Under the pieces are notes generated by a model that saw only the letters and a list, made by a program, of their open reading frames with translations, had not been told where the DNA came from and did no database searches. A stretch of DNA of 64,000 nt from Dehalococcoidales bacterium (GTDB lineage Bacteria > Chloroflexota > Dehalococcoidia > Dehalococcoidales > RBG-16-60-22): assembly GCA_034409565.1 (NCBI GenBank), contig DAOUMS010000015.1:23227-87226 (forward strand), in the 5' to 3' direction. A program made the translations under genes and the position numbers. Below are positions 46,166 to 55,197 of this stretch, piece after piece (position 1 is the first letter of the stretch; the number at the start of each line of letters is the position of its first letter).

Positions 46166-46504
46166 TTAACCTCCCTTTTTCTGCACCCACTTCTCCGCCA
46201 GGTCGCCCGCCCAGAGCACCTTGGGCTTCTGTCCCTGGTAAGCCCGTATCATGAGGAATATCCACAGGGCAAGGCCAACCAGCCAGATAATGACGGAAAT
46301 CACCGTGCCGATAACGGGTATCCAGCCGAGAACGAGGGCCACCACAGTAATGGTGCCGAAAATGTAAATCGACTGCATGGCGTGGTAACGGACAAACTTG
46401 CTTTCTTGCTCAATGAGGATGAAGACCAGACCGCTTATCCATCCCAGCACATAGCACAGTAACCCGGCGACGTTCTCATCAAGTCCAGTAGATGATTTCT
46501 CCAT
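46166..46504 (-). CDS. DUF4870-family membrane protein
   Basis: GLDENVAGLLCY...FVRYHAMQS, three TM helices. Confidence 0.8.
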   Translation of the reverse strand: MEKSSTGLDENVAGLLCYVLGWISGLVFILIEQESKFVRYHAMQSIYIFGTITVVALVLGWIPVIGTVISVIIWLVGLALWIFLMIRAYQGQKPKVLWAGDLAEKWVQKKGG

Positions 46505-46601
46505 GACTATCCCCTTTCCTGTTTATGAACATAAGGGTATACCAAGATAACGGTGCTGTCAATAGCCGGCATTCCATGAGTATAAATAAAAATATCGTCC
46601 G

Positions 46602-46814
46602 TCAATTTTCGGTGCGGTCGGTATCTCCAAAGATGAACAGTTCCTCAATCGTGGCCTGCAGCGCCCGGGCCACGTTGTGCGCCAGTCGCAGCGACGGATT
46701 ATATCTGCCCTGCTCCAGAAAGATGATGGTTTCCCGTCGCACACCGACCATTTCCGCCAGCTTCTCCTGGGTCAGGTTACGCTTGGCCCGGTATTCCCTG
46801 ATTCTGGTTTTCAT
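46602..46814 (-). CDS. XRE/Cro helix-turn-helix regulator
   Basis: [17 protein letters not shown]...GRYNPSL-LA..IEELF. Confidence 0.9.
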   Translation of the reverse strand: MKTRIREYRAKRNLTQEKLAEMVGVRRETIIFLEQGRYNPSLRLAHNVARALQATIEELFIFGDTDRTEN

Positions 46815-46871
46815 TGCTTCACGCTCACTGACATATACCGGTATTGAACCGTAAAGTGAACCCGCGCGCCT

Positions 46872-47495
46872 TCAAGGAACTTTACGGAACAGGCCTCTAA
46901 AATAAATCACCAGGCTGCCGATGATGCCCACGGCAAAACCCAGCGGGCATATAATGGTGGCAATGATAAAGAAGACAGGCTCCTCGAAATCGGCATCCCA
47001 GAAGTGCATAATCAGTGCATAGATGGCGTTGTGCAGGAAAATGCTGATGATGGCAGCGCCCAGTGATATCCCGGCTATCAAGATGAAGGTCTTGAACAAT
47101 TTCAAACCTCTCTCATCAAGTCGGGGTTCTACCCGTTCATAGTAAAGATAGGAGAACAAATAAACGACGCCGGCGGCGATAAAAAGAGCGCCCAGGACCT
47201 GCACCGTGTCCGGCCCCTCCACCAGCCTGACACTGAAGGGCAGCATGAGACAGGCTATGGCCACCACAAAAAAGATGAAACCATTACGCACCGATTTGCC
47301 GGTGCTTTCCCTCACCCTCTCGTCAATGGGCGGCATTTTGCGCCGCCTGACCAGCGACCACAGTTCGCGGTGGCCCATGAGCAGCAGCCCCACCAGAAAA
47401 GCCACCACCACGTAGTACGCTTCCACTGAGATGAGAATGATGGCCACAACCAGCGCCGCTATGGCCACTGCCCAGAATACTTTCTTTGTTCTCAT
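46872..47495 (-). CDS. DUF2178-like membrane protein
   Basis: DER motif (PIDERVRE) between TM helices; upstream of an XRE regulator, a usual pairing for this family. Confidence 0.7.
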   Translation of the reverse strand: MRTKKVFWAVAIAALVVAIILISVEAYYVVVAFLVGLLLMGHRELWSLVRRRKMPPIDERVRESTGKSVRNGFIFFVVAIACLMLPFSVRLVEGPDTVQVLGALFIAAGVVYLFSYLYYERVEPRLDERGLKLFKTFILIAGISLGAAIISIFLHNAIYALIMHFWDADFEEPVFFIIATIICPLGFAVGIIGSLVIYFRGLFRKVP

Positions 47496-47509
47496 CCTGG
47501 CACTCCCTA

Positions 47510-47541
47510 GTTAAATATTTCTAACGTTATATATTTCTAAC
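47510..47541. promoter_or_regulatory. Tandem 16-bp palindromic operator candidates
   Basis: GTTAAATATTTCTAAC immediately followed by GTTATATATTTCTAAC; they overlap the -10 of a minus-strand TTGACA promoter (-35 at 47557-47562). Confidence 0.55.
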
Positions 47542-47743
47542 ATATTTTACCGCCTTTGTCAAGAGCTTTTGCCTGATTTTCCGGTCTTTTATTGATTTTT
47601 GGTGGGCTGCCCGGAGCGTTGTTGCAAAAATATTACAAATTGACACGATAGTGCCAGGACGTAGCTATATGCCAAAAGTCTGGAGCAGTCGCTAGTTTAC
47701 ATCTAAATATAATATGGTATAATCTGTGGAAAAGAGGTTTCGC

Positions 47744-48679
47744 ATGCCAAGATGTCCTAATTGTGGTCGGGAGACACACAGAACAGCGGACTGGGCCTGC
47801 CAGTGGTGCGGGCATCCGCTGCTTTCAGGCTCTTTTAAGAAAATACCCCAGACCTACCGGGAGTTACAGGAGGAGAGGTCGCTCATGCCGAGGGCAGTTC
47901 CAGAAGACGAACCGGAGCCAGCTATTGAAGCTGAAGTGGCGCTGGCACCACCGCCAGCACCAGTGGCGGAGCCGGAACCAGAGCCGGAACCTGAGGTATC
48001 ACCCCCGCCTGAGCCGGTGGTCGAAGCTAAAGCCGAGGTGGAGGTTGAGAAAGAGCCCGCGCCACCACCGGAGCCGGAAGCCGAGACCGTCGCCGACATT
48101 GAACCGGTAGAAGCACCAGAGCCAGCAACTATAGAGGAACCAGAGGTAGTAGCAGAAGCCGAGCCTGAAGCATCAGCCGAGGAGGAACCAGAGGTAGTAG
48201 CAGAAGCCGAGCCAATAACTATGGAGGAGCCAGAAACAGAACCAGTAACCGTAGAGGCACCAGAGGCAGAGCCGGTAACAGAAGTCGACCCTGAAATAGC
48301 CAGCAGGCCAGCGCCGCCACCGACGGCTGTCCCTTCCCTGGAACCTGACCCGGCCACAGGCGCCATTAGCGCCACCGCCGAGGAACTGAATGCCGCCTTC
48401 AATGCGGACAAGGCGGGCACGAATAACAGATTGATGAACAAGTTGCTCAAAGTAACCGGGACCGCGGATAAAATATTTGCCAAAGACCACCTGGATATTT
48501 TCTACATTCTCCTGGCCGGTGCCAGAAAGCCAGCTAACTGGCAGGTCCGTTGCACCTTCAGCCGCGAGCAAGGTATGTATTTATCGCGCCTGACCGAGGG
48601 GCAATCGGCAACAGTCCAGGGCACATATGCTGGCTATGAGAGGAACCTCATTCTGAAAGATTGCACTCTGCTGCAGTAA
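47744..48679 (+). CDS. Zn-ribbon / acidic Pro-Glu linker / tRNA_anti-like OB-fold protein
   Basis: CPNC...CQWC at the N-terminus, long EPE-rich linker, C-terminal TAEEL...LKVTG...VQGTY...ILKDC. ATG 47744 preferred. Confidence 0.7.
   Translation: MPRCPNCGRETHRTADWACQWCGHPLLSGSFKKIPQTYRELQEERSLMPRAVPEDEPEPAIEAEVALAPPPAPVAEPEPEPEPEVSPPPEPVVEAKAEVEVEKEPAPPPEPEAETVADIEPVEAPEPATIEEPEVVAEAEPEASAEEEPEVVAEAEPITMEEPETEPVTVEAPEAEPVTEVDPEIASRPAPPPTAVPSLEPDPATGAISATAEELNAAFNADKAGTNNRLMNKLLKVTGTADKIFAKDHLDIFYILLAGARKPANWQVRCTFSREQGMYLSRLTEGQSATVQGTYAGYERNLILKDCTLLQ
48134..48213 (+). repeat. Intragenic direct repeat (2 x 32 nt, 48-nt period)
   Basis: GAGGAACCAGAGGTAGTAGCAGAAGCCGAGCC at 48134 and 48182, encoding EEPEVVAEAEP twice. 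Confidence 0.85.
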
Positions 48680-48722
48680 TATGGTCAGATTTTTTATTGT
48701 TGGTTGAAAGGAGGCGCCGTTA

Positions 48723-48803
48723 ATGTCAATGCTGACGTGGGTTGGAATTGCTGTCGTCGTTGTTCTGATTATCCTGTTCTTCGTCGTCAGGGGCAGACGC
48801 TAG
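48723..48803 (+). CDS. 26-aa single-TM small protein MSMLTWVGIAVVVVLIILFFVVRGRR (not in the ORF track)
   Basis: RBS AAAGGAGG 8 nt before the ATG; one hydrophobic helix with a basic C-terminal tail. Confidence 0.65.
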   Translation: MSMLTWVGIAVVVVLIILFFVVRGRR

Positions 48804-48975
48804 AGTCGGCATGGCTCGACCCCTGTTTCATTAGCAACAGGCAGCTACAGGTCCTCCAGTAATAAACACGTGATATTGGGAATAGTGCCGTCAGTATTTG
48901 CTGACTGGCGTTCAAATTTGAAACTGAATTATGCCATATGGCGAATAAGCGCCTAACCGACCGGCACATTTGCGG

Positions 48976-49004
48976 TGGACAGGTAAACAGGTTAGGTTTA
49001 TAAT
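48976..49004 (+). promoter_or_regulatory. Putative promoter of hpt-ade
   Basis: TGGACA-17 nt-TATAAT, ending 11 nt before the hpt ATG (very short leader). Confidence 0.5.
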
Positions 49005-49015
49005 CTCAACTAGAG

Positions 49016-49549
49016 ATGGATTCCAAAGCAGAGCGCCATGTCCTCTTTGACCGCCACGAGATTGAGGTTACTGTCAGGCGCCTCGCCTCCGAAATCAGCC
49101 AAGATTACCGCAACCAGAGTCCTCTTCTGCTGGGTGTTCTCAGAGGTTCCTTCATTTTTCTGGCCGACCTTATCCGCCACCTCGATTTCCCGCTTGAGGT
49201 GGATTTTATCGGACTATCCAGCTACGGCGGCAGCACGCAGACCTCAGGTAAAATCAGGGTGGTGAAGGAGCTGGAGACGCCGGTAAGGGGCCGGAATGTG
49301 CTGGTCGTGGAGGACATTGTGGATACCGGCCTCACCACAGCCTTCCTCCTTAAATACCTCAAAAAGCGTAAACCAGCTTCGGTGAAGCTCTGTGCCCTCA
49401 CTGACAAGCCCGCACGGCGGAATGTCCCCGTGAACATTGACTATCTCGGTTTTACCGTGCCCAACAAATTCCTCATCGGTTACGGACTAGACGCGAACCA
49501 GAAATTCCGCAATCTGCCTGATATCTGCTATCTGGAGGACGAAGCATAA
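49016..49549 (+). CDS. hpt: Hypoxanthine phosphoribosyltransferase
   Basis: LRGSFIFLADL, SSYGG, VLVVEDIVDTGLT, IGYGLD. Confidence 0.93.
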   Translation: MDSKAERHVLFDRHEIEVTVRRLASEISQDYRNQSPLLLGVLRGSFIFLADLIRHLDFPLEVDFIGLSSYGGSTQTSGKIRVVKELETPVRGRNVLVVEDIVDTGLTTAFLLKYLKKRKPASVKLCALTDKPARRNVPVNIDYLGFTVPNKFLIGYGLDANQKFRNLPDICYLEDEA

Positions 49550-51255
49550 TGACCGCCCGGCAGGCCAGGCTAATTGCTGTAGCCAGAGGCGACCAGCCGG
49601 CCGACCTCATACTGGCCAACGCCAGGGTGGTGAATACCTTCACCGGTGAAGTCGTATTGGGAAACGTCGCCCTGTGCGGCGACCGCATTGCCGGGGTGGG
49701 GGACTACCACGCGGCAAAGCAAACTGTGGACATCGCCGGCAGATACCTTGCCCCGGGCTTCATCAATGGCCACGTCCACCTGGAAAGCTCGCTGCTTGAC
49801 GTCGGGCAGTACGCGCAGGCGGTGGTGCCACGGGGTACCTCAGCCATCGTCACCGACCTGCATGAAATCGCCAATGTCTGCGGCCTCGAAGGGATGCGTT
49901 ACGTGCTCGGCTGCGCCCGCAAGCTGCCCCTTGACCTGTTCCTGATGGCACCTTCCTGCGTGCCGGCGACCCATCTCGAGACATCAGGCGCCAGCATCAG
50001 CCCCGATGACGTCAGGCAGATTTTACGCTGGCGGGAGACCATCGGGCTGGGGGAGGTGATGAATTTTCCCGGCGTCATTCATGGCGATAACACGGTGCTG
50101 CACAAGCTCGCCCTGAGCCAGGGTAAAATCGTTGATGGACACGCCCCCGGCGTCAGGGGAAAAGACCTTAACGCCTACATTGCCGCCGGCATAGGCTCTG
50201 ACCATGAATCAGTGACCCTGGAAGAGGCCAAGGAAAAGCTGGCCAAGGGCATGTTCATCATGATACGGGAGGGCTCTTCAGAAAAGAACCTGGAGGCCCT
50301 GCTGCCGCTGGTCACCGATAAGACCTATAACAGATGCCTCTTCGTCGTTGACGACCGCAGCGCTTACGACCTGCTCCACGACGGCGATATTGATGCCGTG
50401 GTGCGCAAGGCAATCCGCCTCGGCCTTGAGCCGGTGCGCGCCATCCAGATGGCCACCATCAATGCCGCCGGGTACTTCCGCCTTGAAGGTCTGGGGGCAA
50501 TCGCCCCCGGCTACTTCGCCAATATGCTGGTGCTTGACGACCTGCATAACCTGTCGGTGAACATGGTCTTTTACCGCGGCCGCCTGGTGGCCAGGGAAGG
50601 CAGAGCATTATTCTCACCGGCGAGGGCGGATAACCGTGCCGTAACCGGGACGGTCCACATCAAACCGGTTACGCCGGAAAAACTACAATTAGCGGCGCCC
50701 ACAGGAGAAATGCCCGTTATTGAATTGGTGCCGGGACAGATAGTGACCAAAAAACGTCATCTGAAGGCCAGGACGATCGGTGGCCAGGTTATCCCGGACA
50801 CAGAAAAAGACATTCTGAAAATGGTGGTGGTGGAAAGGCACCGGGCGACGGGCAACCTCGGGCTGGGTATGGTCACCGGCTTTGGACTGAAGAAGGGCGC
50901 GCTTGCTTCCTCCGTAGCCCATGATTCGCACAACATCGTCGCCGTCGGAACCAGCGACGAAGATATACTGGCAGCGATTAGAGAAATCGAGCGACGGCAG
51001 GGTGGCCTCGTTGTAGCGGCAGACGGCCGTGTACTGGCCAGCCTGGGACTGCCCATCGCCGGGCTGCTCTCCGATGAACCGCTGGAAAGCGTGGTCGCCC
51101 AGCTGGAAAAGCTGGACCAGAAAGCCAGGAAGCTGGGCAGCCAGCTCCCCTCCCCTTTTACCACCCTCTCCTTCCTGGCCCTGCCCGTTATCCCTGAACT
51201 GAAACTCACCGACCTGGGGCTGGTGGATGTCACCGAATTCAAACTAATCAACTGA
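49549..51255 (+). CDS. ade: Adenine deaminase
   Basis: NGHVHLESS, HEIANV, EVMNFPGV, DGHAP, DHE, REGS, AHDSHN. Coupled to hpt (TAATG). Confidence 0.93.
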   Translation: MTARQARLIAVARGDQPADLILANARVVNTFTGEVVLGNVALCGDRIAGVGDYHAAKQTVDIAGRYLAPGFINGHVHLESSLLDVGQYAQAVVPRGTSAIVTDLHEIANVCGLEGMRYVLGCARKLPLDLFLMAPSCVPATHLETSGASISPDDVRQILRWRETIGLGEVMNFPGVIHGDNTVLHKLALSQGKIVDGHAPGVRGKDLNAYIAAGIGSDHESVTLEEAKEKLAKGMFIMIREGSSEKNLEALLPLVTDKTYNRCLFVVDDRSAYDLLHDGDIDAVVRKAIRLGLEPVRAIQMATINAAGYFRLEGLGAIAPGYFANMLVLDDLHNLSVNMVFYRGRLVAREGRALFSPARADNRAVTGTVHIKPVTPEKLQLAAPTGEMPVIELVPGQIVTKKRHLKARTIGGQVIPDTEKDILKMVVVERHRATGNLGLGMVTGFGLKKGALASSVAHDSHNIVAVGTSDEDILAAIREIERRQGGLVVAADGRVLASLGLPIAGLLSDEPLESVVAQLEKLDQKARKLGSQLPSPFTTLSFLALPVIPELKLTDLGLVDVTEFKLIN

Positions 51256-51273
51256 AAGGCAAGAGTAAGAATC

Positions 51274-51975
51274 ATGTGCGCGCATATTAGCCGAGCCGAA
51301 CCAGTTTTTGAGAACCGCTATGATGCCGGGCGGCAGCTGGCCACCTGGCTGGCAGAGTACCGTAACCGGTCAGTCGTGGTACTGGCCATACCCAATGGCG
51401 GGGTGCTGGTCGGGCTGGGGGTGGCGCTGGCCCTCAATGCCGAATTCAATATCATCATCTCGCGCAAAATCCCTCTGCCACTCAGCCCCGAGGGCGGTTT
51501 TGGCGCCGTGACCGATGATGGCACCACCATACTCAATGAGGAAATGGTAAAGCGCTTTAACCTGAGCCAGCAGCAGATAAACTACCAGGTGAGCCGGGTA
51601 AGGGCCGACATCCGCCAGCGCAGCCTGCTCTATCACGGTAAAAAGCCCCCCTCGCTGGTCAAGGGTAAAACGGTCATCATCGTTGACGACGGCCTCGCTT
51701 CCGGCTATACCATGATGGCCGCCGTGGAATCGATACGCTACCGCCAGCCCCAGGAAATAATCGTTGCCGTGCCGGTGGCCTCAGCCACGGCCCTGCCCAA
51801 GGTGCAGAAGGTAGCCAACAGAGTGATTGCCTGCATTTCCGGGTTCGGACCGGAGTTCTATGTCTCCGATTTCTACCGCTACTGGCACGAGCCCAGCGAC
51901 GAGGAAGTGCTGCAGTGTTTTAAAGAGTGGGGCCTCCGCCGCCGGCCGGATTTAAACAAGCTGGGCAAAAAATAA
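51274..51975 (+). CDS. Phosphoribosyltransferase family protein
   Basis: FENRYDAGRQLA, LAIPNGG, PRPP motif IVDDGLASGYT, AVPV. Confidence 0.85.
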   Translation: MCAHISRAEPVFENRYDAGRQLATWLAEYRNRSVVVLAIPNGGVLVGLGVALALNAEFNIIISRKIPLPLSPEGGFGAVTDDGTTILNEEMVKRFNLSQQQINYQVSRVRADIRQRSLLYHGKKPPSLVKGKTVIIVDDGLASGYTMMAAVESIRYRQPQEIIVAVPVASATALPKVQKVANRVIACISGFGPEFYVSDFYRYWHEPSDEEVLQCFKEWGLRRRPDLNKLGKK

Positions 51976-52011
51976 GAAGTTAGTCCGAAGCTTGGATAAC
52001 CTTTGTTATCT

Positions 52012-52749
52012 CTACAGTCCCCCCAGACCCCCATCCACACCCAGCACCTGCCCGGTGATGTACCTGGCTTCCTCCGAGGCCAGGAAGGCCACTGCCTCGG
52101 CAACGTCACGCGGCGTGCCCAGAAAACCGAGCGGTATCCGCTTCAGCATCTCGCCCTTCTGTTCCTCACTCAACTGGTCGGTCATTTTGGAGACAATGAA
52201 ACCGGGGGCGATGGCGTTGGCGGTAATGCCGCGCGAGCCGACCTCGCGGGCGAGAGTCTTGGTAAAGCCGATGATGCCCGCCTTGGACGAGGCATAGTTC
52301 GCCTGCCCGGGATTGCCCACGATGCCCACGATGCTGGATATGCTGATGATGCGACCCCACCGCTGCCTGAGCATATGCCTTAACACGGCGCGGCTGCACA
52401 GGAAAACGCTCTTCAAATTCACATTGAGCACCGCCTCCCAGTCCTCGTCCGACATACGCAGTAGCAGCTGGTCGCGGGCGATGCCGGCATTGTTCACCAG
52501 AATATCAATCCGTTCGAATTTCTCCACCACCTTTTCCACCAGACTGGCAACGTCAGACGCCGAAGTTACATCGGCGGTGACCGCCAGGCTCTGCCGTCCC
52601 GTTTTCCTTATTTCCTCGGCCACCGGCTCCGCATCGGCAACATCGCTGACCACCACATCCGCACCAGCCTCAGCCAGCCTGAGCGCAATCTCCCGGCCAA
52701 TGCCGCGGGCGCTGCCGGTCACCATAGCTACTTTGCCAGATAAGTCCAT
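52012..52749 (-). CDS. fabG: 3-oxoacyl-ACP reductase
   Basis: TGSARGIG, NNAGIARD, GNPGQANYASSK; downstream of fabD. Confidence 0.93.
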   Translation of the reverse strand: MDLSGKVAMVTGSARGIGREIALRLAEAGADVVVSDVADAEPVAEEIRKTGRQSLAVTADVTSASDVASLVEKVVEKFERIDILVNNAGIARDQLLLRMSDEDWEAVLNVNLKSVFLCSRAVLRHMLRQRWGRIISISSIVGIVGNPGQANYASSKAGIIGFTKTLAREVGSRGITANAIAPGFIVSKMTDQLSEEQKGEMLKRIPLGFLGTPRDVAEAVAFLASEEARYITGQVLGVDGGLGGL

Positions 52750-52764
52750 ATCTACCTCCTTGGG

Positions 52765-53694
52765 TTATGCCGGACGGCGGCTCACCGCCGCTGCATCCCC
52801 GATATTCAGGGTCTGTACCTCGCGGTTTATCCGCTTTATCAGGCCAGTGAGCACCTTGCCCGGGCCTAGTTCCACGAATGTGGTTATCCCTTCACCAATC
52901 ATGTATTCCACGGAGCGCTGCCACTGGACACAGTGGCACAGTTGCTGGACAAGCTCTTCCTTTACTGCCCTTGCCGTGGTCAGGGGACGAGCGGTGACAT
53001 TGGCAATAATAGGGATAGCCGGGTCGGCAAAGGTGAGACGGGACAGGATTTCAGTCATGCCTTCGACGGCGGGCTGCATCAGCGGGGTATGGAAGGCACC
53101 GCTTACCGACAGCGGTATGACACGGGCCGCCCCCCTGTCTTTGGCTATTTCCATGGCTTTGGCCACACCATATCTGTCGCCACTTATGACCATCTGGCCC
53201 GGCGAGTTAATGTTCACAATGTAAGTTCCCGTCTTCTGGCATACCTCACGCAGCGGTGTTTCCTCAAGACCAATGACCGCCGCCATGCCCCCGGGACGGA
53301 TGGTGCCGGCCTCATGCATCAGGCGTCCGCGCTCCCTCGCCAGATAGACCGCGTTCTTAAAATCAAGCATACCGGCTGCGGCCAATGCGGTGTACTCACC
53401 GAGGCTGTGACCGGCCAGAAAACGGGCCGAGGGCAAACCGGAACTTACCTCGCGGGCAGCTTCCAGGCAGGCAAAACTGACGGTAAGGATGGCGGGCTGG
53501 GCATTTATGGTCTGGCGCAGTTCCTCATCAGGCCCTTCAAAGCAAAGTTTGGAAAGGGGGAACCCCAGCACTTCATCAGCCTGACGGAAGACGGCCTTCG
53601 CGGCAGCGAAACTATCATACAGGTCACGCCCCATACCCGCCCACTGTGCGCCCTGACCGGGAAAGACGTAAGCTACATTAGTTGCTTCAACCAT
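52765..53694 (-). CDS. fabD: Malonyl-CoA:ACP transacylase
   Basis: FPGQGAQ, QPA, GHSLGEY, VSGAFH, GPGKVL. Confidence 0.95.
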   Translation of the reverse strand: MVEATNVAYVFPGQGAQWAGMGRDLYDSFAAAKAVFRQADEVLGFPLSKLCFEGPDEELRQTINAQPAILTVSFACLEAAREVSSGLPSARFLAGHSLGEYTALAAAGMLDFKNAVYLARERGRLMHEAGTIRPGGMAAVIGLEETPLREVCQKTGTYIVNINSPGQMVISGDRYGVAKAMEIAKDRGAARVIPLSVSGAFHTPLMQPAVEGMTEILSRLTFADPAIPIIANVTARPLTTARAVKEELVQQLCHCVQWQRSVEYMIGEGITTFVELGPGKVLTGLIKRINREVQTLNIGDAAAVSRRPA

Positions 53695-53730
53695 AGCTTT
53701 TCGCCAGCAATTAAATCGGTGAAAAGGGCC

Positions 53731-53931
53731 TTATTCTGACCTTGCGGGTGGGCTGGATATCTTAATGACCTCCCTGCCGGCATAGGTGCCACAGGTCGGG
53801 CAGGCATGATGCGGCAGTTTAGGGCTATGGCACTGGGGACAGTAATCAAACTGCGGGGTCTTCAGTGCCAGATGACTTCGCCTCTTACCACGGCGCGCTT
53901 TGGATATTTTTCTCTTTGGTAACGCTCCCAT
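53731..53931 (-). CDS. rpmF: 50S ribosomal protein L32 (Zn-binding form)
   Basis: ALPKRKISKAR...RRSH, CPQC...HHACPTCG. Confidence 0.95.
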   Translation of the reverse strand: MGALPKRKISKARRGKRRSHLALKTPQFDYCPQCHSPKLPHHACPTCGTYAGREVIKISSPPARSE

Positions 53932-53963
53932 AATCCACGTTTCCTCTTGCTTTATTTACTTAA

Positions 53964-54482
53964 TTACTGAAGGTTCATTAACTTCGACCAGCGCGGGTCA
54001 ACTGTCTGCACCAGACAGCCGCATGGCCCCTGGTTCAGATTACGCCCGCATTCCTGGCATATGCCGGCACAGTCCGCACGACACAACGGTTTCATCGGTA
54101 TCACCAGCAGTGTATACTGGCGTATGGCTTCGCTTAAATCAATGACGTGATGCTCATCAATGGTAAATGAACCGGGCTCCCCGGAAGGCTCGAGCGGCAG
54201 CCCGCTATTGACGTCAACGGTCTGAATATATTCCTCCTCAAAGCTGATATTCAATGGAGAACGGAACGCACTCAGGCAGCGGCTGCAGGTGAGTTCGAGC
54301 TCGGTGCACAGTCCGCCCCTGACCAGAATGCCGCGCTGCGTCCTGAGCAAGCTGACATCACCGCTTACCGCGCTGCCATGTTCGTCTCCGGCAATATCAA
54401 TCGCTTCGTCTATTTTATATTTACGGGATGACCCGATGGACTCTTTGAGCAACTGGGAAACATTGATTTGCATGACAGCCAC
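53964..54482 (-). CDS. YceD/DUF177 protein
   Basis: CSRCL, IDLSE, PLCRADCAGICQECG, DPRW; upstream of rpmF. Confidence 0.9.
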   Translation of the reverse strand: MAVMQINVSQLLKESIGSSRKYKIDEAIDIAGDEHGSAVSGDVSLLRTQRGILVRGGLCTELELTCSRCLSAFRSPLNISFEEEYIQTVDVNSGLPLEPSGEPGSFTIDEHHVIDLSEAIRQYTLLVIPMKPLCRADCAGICQECGRNLNQGPCGCLVQTVDPRWSKLMNLQ

Positions 54483-54553
54483 CTCCTCGCCAGCCAGTCC
54501 CTTTTATTATAGTCCAAGCTACGGCTCTGTCGCAAGTTCAGTGCCGAAGGATG

Positions 54554-55162
54554 TTACATGTTCCTCGACTTGATTATGGTCATAAGACCACCGTTAAGAT
54601 AACTTCTTTTAGCCTCGGTAAGATGGTTCCTGGCTAATAGCACATCCAAGCCACCCTGCGCAATATAATCCTTGAAGTACCGGTGGTGCTTTCTGCCAGC
54701 GAAAAACTCAATAACTCTGACCAAATAGGGAAACAGATTCCTGGGCAGTGGAACCTGAAAATCGAGAAAAAGCAAAGTACCACCTTTCCTGACCACTCTC
54801 TTCATCTCCGAAATTATTCTATCTCTGGTGGCTCTCTCTTTTTCGTGCAGGGCGAAAGAGATGGAGGCAGCATCAAAACAGTTATCTTTAAATGGTAAGT
54901 TTCGCGCATCGGCAATATGAAATGACGCATGGCTCGAAGCCTTTCTCCTTTTATCTTTCCTGGCCAGTCTGAGCATATTCGGATCCAAGTCTATACCGAT
55001 AGCCGTAATACCCGCTTGAGCATAGTAAAATACCTGGTCACCCGTCCCGCAACAGACATCAAGGACTCTTTCGCCAGCCTTCATCCCGGAAAAATCTATG
55101 GTATAAAGTCTGATATCTCGCAGGAGGGGGTCGATTATAGTCGAGTAGTTAAAAAATAACAT
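54554..55162 (-). CDS. Class I SAM-dependent methyltransferase (UbiE-like)
   Basis: VLDVCCGTG, DARNLPF, SFALHE. Confidence 0.82.
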   Translation of the reverse strand: MLFFNYSTIIDPLLRDIRLYTIDFSGMKAGERVLDVCCGTGDQVFYYAQAGITAIGIDLDPNMLRLARKDKRRKASSHASFHIADARNLPFKDNCFDAASISFALHEKERATRDRIISEMKRVVRKGGTLLFLDFQVPLPRNLFPYLVRVIEFFAGRKHHRYFKDYIAQGGLDVLLARNHLTEAKRSYLNGGLMTIIKSRNM

Positions 55163-55197
55163 AGCATCAGTCCGAAAAAAAGAGGAAAAGGCATCGC

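Noticed and set aside
48804-48960. Several small hairpins (CCTGTT/AACAGG, GTCAG/CTGAC, GGCG/CGCC) suggesting an ncRNA or purine riboswitch before hpt
   Set aside because: The stems are short enough to be chance, there is no purine-riboswitch consensus, and the hpt promoter lies downstream of them.
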